A stretch of 57,969 nt of DNA, counting the filler, from Sphacelaria rigidula (lineage: Eukaryota), in assembly GCA_964200075.2 (NCBI GenBank). It is 3 parts of 3 records of this genome, joined end to end, with 100 filler letters (N's around TTAATTAATTAA, not from the genome) between each part and the next. Parts side by side here need not be neighbours in the genome. Positions count along the whole stretch, not along the records: positions 1 to 19,261 come from CAXNAA020000703.1; 2 more parts are not named here. One strand, written 5' to 3'. The position numbers were made by a program, and so were the translations under genes. Below the pieces are notes generated by a model. The model was given only the letters and a program-made list of their open reading frames with translations, searched no databases and had not been told where the DNA came from. Of the stretch, positions 1 to 13,300 are shown piece by piece; position 1 is the first letter of the stretch, and each line of letters begins with the position of its first letter.

Positions 1-272
1 CCCACACTCACCCCAACCCTCCCCCTGACCATAGGGGTGTTCAAATTCCGATGCGGTCCTCTAAGCACGCGGTCCTCTCACGCATTACAACCCTATCAAC
101 ACTTGATTATATTGAATCAATCTGGAATGTTCTATTCACAGGGTGGTATTATCCTCCCCTGCAGCTTCACAGCGGGTTGTACGTACCATGGTCCACCCCA
201 AATATCCATCAAGATCCCAGAATTTGCATCTATCAGTGCTACAGTGAACGGCTCCTGATCTGATTCGAGCAC

Positions 273-3200
273 CTTTGCGAGTGAGTACCCGTCGGACACA
301 CGCACGCCCTTGTCCCTCAGCGTCACTGCCCAGTTTTCTGACAGGGAGCGACGAAAGGGTCCCGTGAAGGCTCCCAAGTAGGACACGAATGCAGCACTGA
401 GGAAAACGTCGCCGGTAAGGTTCACTTCGGCGTCGAGAATATCCTGAGCAGTTGCTGCCCATCGTTTCTGCCGTGGACAAAAAAAGGAAAGGGGACTCTA
501 TTATACGATCAATTACACACCAAGATATGTGTGTACACGATACGGGCAGAGGGTTGGGAACCAGTCCTTGAAAAAGAGCTTGGGTGACATTAGGTTGACC
601 AAGATCTGTGCCAAGTTTCTTCTGAGTGAGTGTGAGAGAGGTAGCTCATCACTTTCAACTGTGCAATACAAACGATGTAACACAGGAGCAGAGCTTCTTG
701 ACGGGTGATCATCAATCGAGCAACCTACGCTACGGAAAAATCTCCACGCGAGCAGGCTGCTGTTCATACCTTTTCCTCTTCCAATCCAGAGGTAAGTTTC
801 TCCGCACGATCCAAGCGCTCTATGCAGCGCTTTATTTCGTTTTTGAGGCTTTCCTTCTCAGCCGTTGCTTCATCTCCGCTCTGGAAAACGATCACATAGG
901 TGCAATGAGTACGTTCTTATCCCCATCAATTTTCGATGATGATTCAAATCGTGTCGAGCGCAACAAGTCGGCACGAAACCGTCAACTAATTCATCACAAT
1001 GGGGCCACGACATGTGGTTCTACCACACGGCACATCATCGCTTTCATCGACGATGCTTAACTCATTATTGTTTGGAGCGTGGGGGTGTACTCATGATCAT
1101 GCATGCCATAGTCATAAGACCATTGACCTCGCATCCCTACAGTGGCGTGGGGGGATATCGTTAAGTTTAAACACTGATGTTTTTCACGCTGCCATAGATT
1201 TCAGTGGTAAATCGTCCGTATTTTTTTGTCGCCCAAGTATGCCATCATCTCTACGTAAAGGGACCAGTAGAGCGCATGTTAGCTTTTCAAACGTGATTCG
1301 AGACAATCCGACAACCGGAACAACCTTGAATTTCACCATTTCAGCTCACAGTATACCTTCTATAGATGGTCCCACTTATTGGCCACTCAAAGCCGTGCGG
1401 ATTTACACGGTTTCTGCAGTTACATACGGTGTTTGTAAAATCTGCAGGCATGCTGTAGATCCAGCAGGCATCCTGGGGATCTGCGATGGCTCTGCAGTCT
1501 GGCCAAGTGTGTGAGACTTGAGCAAGCGGGGGACACCTGGATGGATATCGATGAGGATACTTGAGATCGACCAGACCTGCATGAGTAACGCCACTTCCTC
1601 CTCAATGCGTTGAACCTCGCTACGTTTGGCTCTCAAGACGTTGTTGGCCTCGGCAAGCTCCCGGTTGAGCACCTGCATGCCGTGCATTTAGGCAACAAAT
1701 CCATGAATACAAAACCACCTCGTGACTTCGTGTTATATATGTAGCAGGCAGGCCCAACAAGGCAGCGAGCTATGCTGAAGCTGAAATAGTTCTTTCACGT
1801 CGCTGGCTAATCGCGACGTGGTTCGAGTCCTGTTCGACTTCGATAAACAGGGGCACCATAGCCTTCTGTTTAACAATGCTCAATGCCAACTTTGTTTCAC
1901 CTCCACTGTTTCCATTCTGGGCTTGACCTCCTCGTATGTGTCGGCGTATTGGTTCATTGCGTGTACCCACAAGCACATACCCGCAGCCGCAAGAGACACC
2001 TGGGCACAACGAGTCACAGTACGGTGATCTGTTGTCGCAAGGAATGGGGATAAAGTGGCGAAATGGTTGAAATACATCCGAACGCTAGTGGCTACGGTAA
2101 TAATACCCTGTGCAAACGCACTAGGACGGGGAGTAGTTACAATCATCTGTGCTTGAAGGATCGATTGCGTACCGGGTACGACCATCACAGAGCATTCACT
2201 GCCACATTTGTGCACTCATCGCCTTGATCTCGCTTGGGAAAGCCAGCTGGGTACAGCGAGGTACAGCGTAGCAGAGACACACCGTGTGACAGCTGCGAAG
2301 GCAAAACGGAGAGTTTCTGTGCTTGAAATGCGTACTTGATTATTTGTCGGGTGGCTTTTGAGCTTCTCAGAGACGAAGGGAGGTGAACAAATGCCCCCAC
2401 GAATACGTTTTTTGTCCTACCCAAGACCCTCCTGTTTGCCTCCCCCCTCCCGTTGTTTGTGCGGCGAAGCAAGTGACAGCAGAACTGATATAGTTGAAGA
2501 ATGTGACCTATACAAGGAGGAACGAGACGCGCTAGAGGAGGAAATGCGGGACGTGAACGAAGGTGACATGGAATTGTTTGGTACATTAGACAGTAGGGAG
2601 AAAGTGGCAGCGATACCAGGAGATGGGTGGTGGCCACAGACGGCGAAACAGGACGGGGATAAGCTATGCGAAATGTTCTTGTGTAGTGTGTGGAAGAAAC
2701 GTAATGAGCACCTAAATGTTGGAAGTGTCCCCATCAGAAGTAGGAACAGTGCTCCGTCTAAAAGGATGCGTGGTCAATGGTCAAACGACTAAGGCGAGTA
2801 ACAAATGAGTACTCCCCCCCCCCCCCAAATGACATCCCTAGCAGTTTCATAGTGTAGTCTTACCCCAAGCATTCTCTCAACCCTATCCAACCTCTTCTAC
2901 GGGAGAAGCTCGACTGTTTTCGTGCCCTTGATTCTTTGCACTTTTGCGTTTTTCCCCCACAGTACGCAATTGTAACACTTTAGTTGTGAGACTTGAACGC
3001 TCATCGAGGACAAGAACAAGTAGGTCGTATACCGCTTGTTTCGCGGGTCATACGTATTTTTGGTGATCCTGGAGGCGAGGAACTAGCACTAACAAATTGA
3101 TCCTGAGAGCGCGTTCATACTCCCATGTGCTCCGCGCCTGCACTCCGTTTGCCATCAGAACACCAAATAGCTTGACTAACACTGTTGAACGGCAACTGTC

Positions 3201-6200
3201 GAAAGGTCCAGGACAGCTCGGTGTGGATACAACGCACGACTCGTTTACAGAAGCAAAAGGTGGCAACCGAAAAAATAGTCTCCTGCGGTTCGCACCGGTG
3301 TGTCGCCGAACAGGTGGGGTGCGATTACTACAGTACGCGGGGGGTGCGGATGAATGTCACAGGCGGTATTGACCCCTTGCTATCGATAGCCCCAAGCGCG
3401 AGCCGAAACGTGGCGAGTGTGGTTTACGAGTTGACCGTGGGGACACGCCCGTGGTACGCAAACGTGGGAGCACTACCGAACTTCATGCTGTACATACCTT
3501 TCGGAGACGATCAACGCTCATGTTCTCGTCTTCTACGTAGCGCTTGAGGTTCCTGCGTCTATCAGGTGTCATGGCTTCCTTGTTGTAGTTGCGCAACTCG
3601 TCCATAAACGAGCTCCTTCCGAGCACACGTTTCGCACTTTCCCAGTCCTACACGCCGGCACGTGCGTGTGTTGAAACAGTGGTGATTCGGGTATTATAGA
3701 GCGTTCGGATCCATACATTTTTCGGACGAGAGTATAGGCAAACAGCATGGAACGGCCTCTCTCCGGGAAAAACTCAACCATCCCCGCTCTTCTTGCCCGA
3801 CAGACACCAAAATAATATGAGAATGAACGGAGATTTTGCAACTAGAGCTCTACTGGTTGCATGTTCGTGTTTTGGCTCTTTTTCAGAACACCTCAAATGA
3901 AGCATGCCTATGCCGCCAGTAAGGGGAATAGTCGTACCTGTCCTTCTGAGAGCAAAAGGCACACGGCGCTCATGACGGTTTGGACGGCCTGTGGTGGGTT
4001 TTGAAAGCTCTTGACTTCGCTGATATCGTCCTTCTTCAATGAGTTCAGAGCCCTGATGGCTTCCTCCAGGGCTGGTAGAGCTTGGTCTAGATTCCTCTGG
4101 GCCTCTCGCTGTAGCACCGATATCTGCCACGACCCCGCAACGAGTTCGCTCACTACGGTCAAGACGGTCTCAGAGGTACGTGCGCTTGGGTAGACGAGAT
4201 GCACATTGTGCTTACAATGACAAAATTTCTGTCAGAATCAAGAGTTCCCTTTGACATGCGCTTCCAAACCTGTTCCTGGCGGGCTGCCACCGCTGCCTCA
4301 TCCTTCGCCACCTTTTCTTTAATTTCCTCGGCCTCCCTTCTCTCCTCATCCACCTACGACGTAACGGAAACAGTTTACGTTAGACGTTGGCAGACGAGGA
4401 ACAGAGCAAACGGAACATTTGAACATTTGTACAGCGGAGGCTTTATTTCGTCTTTGTTTGTATTGATAGTCAAGAGTACAATATAAACTATTCATACAGT
4501 ACGCGCTCTGGACACGCCGGTAATGAGCGGAGTTCCGGAGGCCCTCGGTCATCTACAGGTTTCACCATCAGCCACTAACAGGTGCAACGGTGATTCCTCG
4601 AACCTGTCTAAGCAATCCCTCTGCTTCTGTCGCCTTCGATTGCAGCAAGGGCTGCAATTGTATCAACTCTTGTTTCAGGCCTTTAACGATATGCCTAGTA
4701 TCCTCCAGCTTCACCACACCGTTCCGCAAGCTGAGTTTTTCAGACACGAGTACGGAAAATAGAGTGGAGTCAATCGTACCCAGTGTTTTACTGAAAATCG
4801 ATGTTTTTTTGTGAGCATTATTCTCAACGACAGTTGAGGTCGAGAGTAAAAGAGGTGGCATATCATTTCGATGTTCCCCACGTGGTACGCGCGTTCACCC
4901 TTCTTGCTATGTTTCTTGCTACATCAAGGCGCAGCTGGTGGAGAGCGACCCTAGTGCAGGCGCTCATCAAATTACCTTCCGAGTCGTGATGACAAGGTCT
5001 TCCTATGTTCTCGCAGCATGTTCAGGAACGTATTCAAGAAGTCCAAGTACGATTTTGCCGACACGTGTACACGCCGTCCAAGTTGGGAGAAGAATGAAGC
5101 GGCAGCTGGCCCAACCTTTTCAGCACAATCACACGGAGGTATCGGGCGAAACATTCGCTGGATTAATGGGGACACCGATTTTCAGCGGAAATATTGAGAC
5201 TTTTCGGCGCAGAGACGCGAACCTTGCAACAGACCACGTGTCAGCACTGATGTTTTGAATACGCACCGAAAACAGCGTGCTCTACCGCGTGCGCATTGAT
5301 TGCATACACCATGTTTATGGAGCCGTATACGCTTCGATATACTCGACATGACATCAAAGATGCTGAATTGATTCGGCATTCGGCATCATACTCACCCCTC
5401 CGTGAACCTCAACAGCTGCTCGCATGAGAGCCGATGATATCTTGGGGCCGACCCCACACTGATGCGGTCCGCTGGGCACTGATGACAACTCCGGACTCAG
5501 AACGTGATGCGCCACGGAATGTAATGCCGCCCTTGGCCACGCATTATACCAGTCAATCGTGCTGCAAGACAGATGTAAGTTTTGGCGTGCACAGGGTGTG
5601 ATTGTCGAGATGATGGAAAAAAACACACGGTGGGCTCATCCGGATAGTTCCCAACTATCACGTATGCCCGACGAATGTTCACGTTCGCCAAGCAGTTTCA
5701 AATTCGCTTCGACCACCCAGGCATGTAAGATCAACACCTTTTCGAGGATCTGACTGATATTGCGTATCATACGCTATGCTGGGTGAAATGCTGTACGTTT
5801 TAGGTTTCAGTGCAGAGACCGGCACCGAACACTACCTACCGTGCGGTATCAATACGGTTGTCGAAGGATGTGATATCACCTGTAGTTCACAAGACTCGGG
5901 AAATTCCTCACGCGTTCGCGGAACGACGCTCCGGCGGGATCCAGACACAGTACGACATGCAGGCGATCTCGAGTGCGCGCAGTAAATAGCGCCATGCAGT
6001 TCGCCTGAAGAATGCCACGATGCAACGCGCTTCATCACCAACATCTTGTGGGTTGAACGCGCTGTAAGCTTCTTTCCTCAGAGAAATCGAGAATGAACCC
6101 ACAGCATACCAGTGTGGAGATTGTCGCTGTGTGTTATCATGGGCGACTGACGCCTGACTGTCGAACGTGGGTTGGCTCTGTGATCTCTAGGCACGCCCTA

Positions 6201-7312
6201 AAAATGATATTGTGGACCCTTCCTCACCCCTCGCACGGGATCTACATCGCAGAAATAATTGCATTGTCGAGGAAACTCAAACACATGGTAAACCGCGGAT
6301 AAATACCACATGCGAATCAAGCAGATTCGGCACTGCGCAATGCTCACTCGGGTATCGGGTTTGCCACCGGCGCGCATGGTGTCTCGCAGTCTATCCACCA
6401 CACCCGCTTCCTCGTCTGCTGTGAAAAGATTGGGCACCTCGCCGCTGCCCAACAAGCAGCTCATGTCTTCCAGTATTTCTTCTTCCACAATCTAGAAAAA
6501 ATCACGGGAAAAAATTGTCTCTTTGCCGGGCGGGTGCTGTCGATGCTTCTTGCAACACGTACGGGGTAGCTCGGCTGTGCAAGCTTGTGCAAAACTTGAG
6601 AATGACGACCATGGAAAAACTGGTTCGGTTGGATATATTGGCAGTAATTTTCACAGTTACGGCTATGCAAGCAGACTCACAAAACTAGTAAACCTAAGTG
6701 CTCACCTGAGTGTCTTTAAGCATAAATACCACATCCTTAGCCTCGAGGCCAGCAGCGAGGACAGCTTTTTTGAGGCCTTCCTTGAACTGTTGCTCCCCAT
6801 ACTTGTGTGCTACGCTTACACGTACGAGTACGGCACCGGCCATACTAGTGGCCAAACGAGTCAGCGCGCTTCTGCCACTCCCTGCTCCTCGATTTCAGGA
6901 TAGTCAAAGAAAAGTCGTGGACGGTGTCAGTTTCATGCTTGAGTGCGAGTATGAGAAGCGCAAGATCGATACAGTTGTGCGGTGTCGGCAAGTTTCTCAT
7001 ACCGCATTCAAACTTGCCGAAACTTGTGAATGAGCTCAAATTCTGACAGCACATCGACATGCTTCACGGCAGTACACCCTGGAAGTCCAACCTTGCCGAA
7101 GTGTTTCTGACTTTCACTCGCCTGCTAGTCCAATCAGGATGGCGTTGCCCCTAGGTTGCGTCAAAATCCTCGCTATGCGCAACACATGCCGCACCGCGTC
7201 AGGAAAGAATACTAGCGACATCTCTGAACCTTTCCCTCCGAGGTTGTAATCGTCCTGGTAGAAGCTCAGCTGACGAACCAGCCTTCTGAGGTCTGAGCAC
7301 TCCTCGTAGAAT
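273..7312 (-). CDS. Dynein AAA4 and stalk/microtubule-binding domain exons
   Basis: [58 protein letters not shown], coiled coil [73 protein letters not shown]. Confidence 0.95.
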
Positions 7313-10300
7313 CTGAAAAAGAGACAAGAATGCATGCGTTGGCCGAAGATACTTCGAGAAGGGCCACCAGAGGTTGACAGCCAACAACCGTTTGCGGTGT
7401 GCGTAGTATGTTACGATCTGGACAACTCTAAAGGTTTTGTCAGAGGTTCTGACCTTTCATTCGCAACACTTCCTGTTCCAAGGACATTACCGAACAAGAG
7501 GAACTTCTCCTCTTGGTCATAGTCTTCCCCGGGCTTTGGATCTCGAATCTCGAAGAGCTCTTCACGCTGCCAGCCAGCGCCGGCTACCTTGAAATGTCTG
7601 CAGGAAGATAGGCATTACCCGCAGAGGCAATTGTTGACAACAAAAAATCGAAAGTCCGTGCCCGTGAACCCTCTCGTCGCCAAATGACAACTGGTACGAA
7701 AAGGTAAAGCTTCCTTAATTCATATCATTACGTTAGTCACTTAACCTGTTGGAATGTATACGGACATTTTGGCTGAAGCGTCGTATGTTTCACAATGATT
7801 GAAGAACCAAGACCAACACTGGCCCAATGGCAGTGTTGCCTGAGGTGGACTTCAACGACGACATCCGACACTCACCGACCGACAGCCTCAATTAACATAT
7901 ACTCAAACGTCATTCGCTGAGGTGCGTCGGCGAGACGATCTCCGAAAACCCTCGCCATTTCGTGCATCCAGAGGCGTATCATAACTTCCGGGGCGCGCAC
8001 GCTTTGGTGTTTCACCAGTAAAATACCCTGTGTTTGATACAGTCAATGGAACGGACGGGATGAGCGACGGAGACGATACGGGAGACAGCTGCAACCTTGT
8101 ACGGATAATGCGGGCGGCTTGAGGCCACCTCCGAAGTCAGACCTACGGCGTGAGTACTATCTCAACCGCACGAATACCTGCAAGTGTAAAGTACATAATA
8201 GGGTGGTCGTTGGCAACGAAAAACATTATCGTAGTCACCTGAGCAACTTTCCCAATATCTCGCAAGTTGAAGGTGTAGTGCGGTCTCGAAGGTGTCGGCA
8301 GCATCTCGCGCACCACCTTCCCGTACACTTCCAGTGTCGCTGACACGATCCCATCGCTGAGAGCTACCACCTCCGCCGAGAATCCTTTCGCCAAGTGTCC
8401 TTTCAGAATTGACCTTTTGTGGCGGCCGAGAGAATAGGTTGCAATGCTATGGTCGATTCGTCTCTTCCCTTCTATTCTTTTCACCAACAACGACGTACTG
8501 CGCGTGCATGCTGGCTGGAAATTCATGCGGTTGCAGCACAATATTGATGACGGAGGGACATGTATCGTGCCAGACCTGCCGCAGTCGCTCACCCGAAAAT
8601 GGTAGTATTCGATGCCGTGTTTTGCGATGGGAGACAGAGAACGCTAAACAAACGAGAAAAGCGTGCAGGTGGTGCGCTGCGAGCGCCACCGGGTGGGGCC
8701 GCAGCCACAGCGACAACTGCATCCTGGACGGTGCGCCAGAACAATCGCTCGCGGTCGTAAAACCCTCCTTCAGACACCTGTATCGAGGGAAAGCGATGAA
8801 ACAGCTGAGCACGAAGATCGACGCCGGCAATATCTCTTGAAAATGAGCTGCGTGGAAAATCTATTATAGTCACATACACACTAGAGCATGAGTAGAACAC
8901 ATTCTTGTCGAAGATACTCAGTCTCCCTACGCCAAAAGCATACGACTGTCATCATGCCGCGCATACCACTAACCAGCTGGCGCAAAAGCTCCAGGGGTGG
9001 CTGCGAGCCGAAGGCATCTCGTGCGGGTAGGTTGACATCATCCACGAAAACCACGTTAACTTTGCCTTCCGGTGCACCCAGAAGGTTTTTGTGGACTGAC
9101 GTCATCTTCGACTCCAGTGCCATTTGCACGCCCTGCGAGCTGCTCCTGGCACTCATGTTCACCACCGCTGGCTGAAAACAACAAGGTCCGCGAGGAAAAA
9201 TCGGTTCGGATGACATAAGCAGATCCGAGACACGAGTCGCCAAGCTTCTCCATGGAATAAGGTATTCGGCGCCCATTTTCACTACTACGGCGTATTTTAT
9301 TATTTCAAAGAGGCAAGGTAAGGTAGCGTTGTGCCCAGCAACCATGATAATATACGCGCAAAAGCACGCTTTATCATGGGAAACGATTGCTTACGTCCCA
9401 TCATTTCTTAAGTAGATCAACTTGCACCGCGTCAGCGCGTCAGCACCAAGTAGAAAGGTTGTCATTTACGTCCCATCATTTTTGAAGTAGATCAATTTGC
9501 ACCGCGTCAGCGCGTCAGCACCAAGTAGAAAGGTTGTCATTTATGAAAAGCCCTAGGACGAGCCCCGAGCTACATCTCAACGCGACGTGCGCTTCAGTAG
9601 CATGGAAATAGACCTCTGACTTAAGTGCTATACTTCCTCTGTCCCATAAGTCTGTGCCGTTATGTTTGTATGAGCCCTTAACGATGTCCGATTTGATTTT
9701 CGATTTTTTGTTTGCATTCGTTGGCGTTCTTTTAGCTAAAATCAACACTCCTTCTGCAACGTGGGTGCTTGACACGTGCAGCTTCGCGACCGAGAAAAAG
9801 TGGATCGGTCAAAATATGGCCATTTTTCGCTTTTTTTCTCAGTAAGCATAACAGACCCGGGAAGCGCGAAAATCGTGAAAAAAATGTGAAAACCGCAAAA
9901 CCACCACTGATTTGGATATCTCCGTGACGTTAACCTACGCACGCCCCATCCAACAATTTTTCAGCATGTAATCGCTAGTACTCGACGTAAAAACGTCCAA
10001 AATCGGTCAACATTGAGGTGTAAGTGGACCAAAAAGGGGCAGAATGGGGTACATTTTGATCTCATTTAGTATTGAAAACATTTTTTTTTCTCTTCTTTTC
10101 TTGAGTCAGCTTCGTCTGCGCGTAATCTCTCTAACGAACCCAACTGCAGGATGATCGTCAGCGTTGAAATACCCAAACGATCAAACGAGCATAACGACAC
10201 AGACTTATGAGACAGGGGAAGTATAAGAAGAGGCCACTTAGACACCTGGACACTGAGCGAACGAAGGTCCCGCGACCGCCAGTCCAAACACGTAGCTGGA

Positions 10301-13300
10301 TCTTCGTCATCGGCCTGTGTTCTGCGTCGCACCGCCATGGAAGGGGACGTGAAGGCCGGTGGTTCTACGCATACAGAATCCAGATAGCTGTCCAGCCTAG
10401 ATCCGCGCCGGTCCTTTGACATGAACGTTGTTGCTTGTTGCAGGTTGGAGCGACGCTCGAACAACTGCAAAATATTGGATATTAAGGGTCGGAACAAGCG
10501 CTCAGGAATGAGTCGTAGGCACGATATTTGTCCTTGCCCTGCATGGGCCTTAGTCAGCACCATTCGAACGCGTATCTCACTTTCGGCGAGAATCACGAAC
10601 GCGCCGATGCAACGTAAGACGGGGCACGCGGCTAAACCCCCTGGGAACATATCTATAGGAGGACATGTCAGAATACACTGCAGTGGTCGCAGTCAAGGAT
10701 GGGACCTTCATAGAGTCCAAACAGTTTGGTGCCGAAGATCTGTTCTACAGTGGTTCCCTCGTGGCGCAAGTCCAATCGCGCATCTAGGGCACGATTTATA
10801 CGGTAGACGACGTTGGCATGTGCACTCACATGAGCAGCGAGCATCGTCTTGCCAGCACCACTTGCACCCGCTAGGAACGTGGGGCGACCAGATGCAAGAT
10901 TGTTTTCCAGAAGGAATGAGTAGCATTCGGTACTTGAAGTAGGCACGATCATCTTGTACACAGGCACATTTGGAGTGTACCTGGCGGAGGGAGAAGCAGG
11001 TCCAAGGAAGTAGTGATCAAGCATGCCACACATGGCCCAGCTGTGTTAGTGTTGCGTGTTGTCATCCCCTCTATTCTGGACGCCGGTCTACACCTTCGGT
11101 ATATGTGGGCGCACCAGCCGGGATCACACAGGAGGAAGGCCAACACAGGAGTTCTTCTTTTTAAGTCATCCATCTTCCTTTTGCGATGCCTGCCTTTTTT
11201 GATCGCGAGAGAGGTTCAGCAGTCCTTTTCCCTCGTCGACCATGAAGTCGAACTTCATGTACCCACGACATAATCGCTCTCCACTGTTGGGCATTGTGTG
11301 AGAAAAATCCCAGATCTCTCCGAGATTCGAACCCACGACTCAACCGTCAGAAGGCTTCGAGGTTATCAACTGAGCCACCAGGGCTATACAGTAAAAACAA
11401 CGACACCGTGAGTAATATCCAGCTCGTGCAGATTTCCAAGTTTCCTTTGGACATAACCTGCGCGAGAGTAATCGCGACAGTGCATACATGTGCGGAGACG
11501 TGCACCAGTCATTCCAGCGCCTACGACTATATCCAGTCCCATCCGCCATGCGCCGAGGAAACCTCACCCGAACGAAGGCACATCTACCGCCCACGACCGC
11601 CACTCGTATGGCCGGGCACCGCCCTCCCCCGGAGGATAAAAGTGCGGGTAGGACTCGAACACCGTGCCCGTTGCAGGCAAGCTGATGTGATCCCGCAGCC
11701 CAGAGGTCTGATGCATGGACAGACGTCATCAAAGGTTGTGATCGATTTCAGGGCGAAGGTGAAGATGAAACAAACGGCACGCGTACCGCTGAATGGCCGC
11801 CATCCACGGAATGATGCATCGGTGAATATTACACATAGTTACTGAAAGTACAAATTTATGTGTCGAACAAAATACGCGTATGTGAAAATGAAACCCCCTG
11901 CTGAAGATTCGATTATGGGCAGGATGCACCTGTATAAGATCCCTGGAGTATACGTCGAATGCAAGGGCCGGGTCCCCCGTCAGCCCCCCTCCCATCCCCC
12001 ACACCATCGCGAAGAAAAAGGCCTGATCCACCACGCCGAGTGTCGGAGCAAAGTTACTGACTGCACCGCTCTCACTCGCGCTGAACCCTTGGCTGTCTTC
12101 GTCGCTATCATCTCGCTGAACAAGTAGACTCGACGGTATATTTCGGGGTGAAATAGGTGTATCAAGTGCGGCCTGCCCGGCGGCCACTCGAGCGACGCGT
12201 TCGTACATCTCTCGTTGTCGAGCGAGAAGGCTCTGTAGAAGGACACACGTCGATTCCACTCGCTGAATCTGTTGGTATGGGGTGACGGACATTAGTTCGT
12301 CAAAGCTATGATCACGTAACGTGTGCATGGAACATTCGCAACGGACGTGACACTTCTTCTTCCTGCGGGTAATGTTATCAGACCATTTTTGTTACCAGAC
12401 CGTATTGATGAGACGCCCGACGGACTCATACGCAACTGGCGCACTTGGGACTGTGCAAGCCTTAACACGAAGATCCTGAGGCGATGTCACGGTTGAACTC
12501 AGCAGTTACTCGATCCATCCTCGCCTGGAAGGTGGTAATATTTTCCCGAAACACGGCATCACCCCGACCTTCCATGTACGCCACGATCGGCCAGAGCAGT
12601 AGGTTCGCTAGCTCCCGAAGCCTAGCTTTAATCTGAAGCGCTTTAGAAGCATCGGTGCCATCAAGAATCACGTAAAGCGCACTGTCGTCCAGCCATGCGG
12701 TAAACCGCGAAGCGCAGGTCACGCACTTTTCAGGGGTGTAAACGACACCCAAGCGGCTGCATGCGGGGTCAAAGAGGGACATGGACAAAAATCACAACAA
12801 GTGTTTATATTTGGAGTGCCTAGAGCCGGACCAAGGGCATAGCTATGAAAACATGTTCTCAACATGATATGCGTTACCTTGCGGGAAGTTGATGCTGATG
12901 CAACTACGTTTTCACGAAATGCAATGGGTTGCACACTATGATCGTCCACTGTGGCTGGGGGTTACGCATGCAAGCGACGGCACACGAGGGTAAAGTCACC
13001 CTTCGACCCGCAAGAATCACGTGGTAACCTGTTTCAAACAACGCAAAGGTATGGGAGGCGCAATCTTCGTGAAAGCTTTCTACAGCGCTCTCAATCGAGT
13101 CCTCACTACCTGACGGTCGCTGGAGAGGCTTGGCGCAAGTCTTCTACTTCGAACAGTAGTCGCATTCGATCCGCTCGGAGTTTTATCCTTTCCCCAGAGG
13201 CCAGGCATAGGGTCAGGTTGTCGTCGAGAGCTGTGTTCATTGATTCTACCCAAACGGCGTCGATGGGGCCATCAAAGAGTACCCAGAACGCCGTGCTGGC

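Noticed and set aside
11296..11384. Possible tRNA gene
   Set aside because: A and B boxes are present but there is no proper anticodon or acceptor stem; better explained as a SINE.
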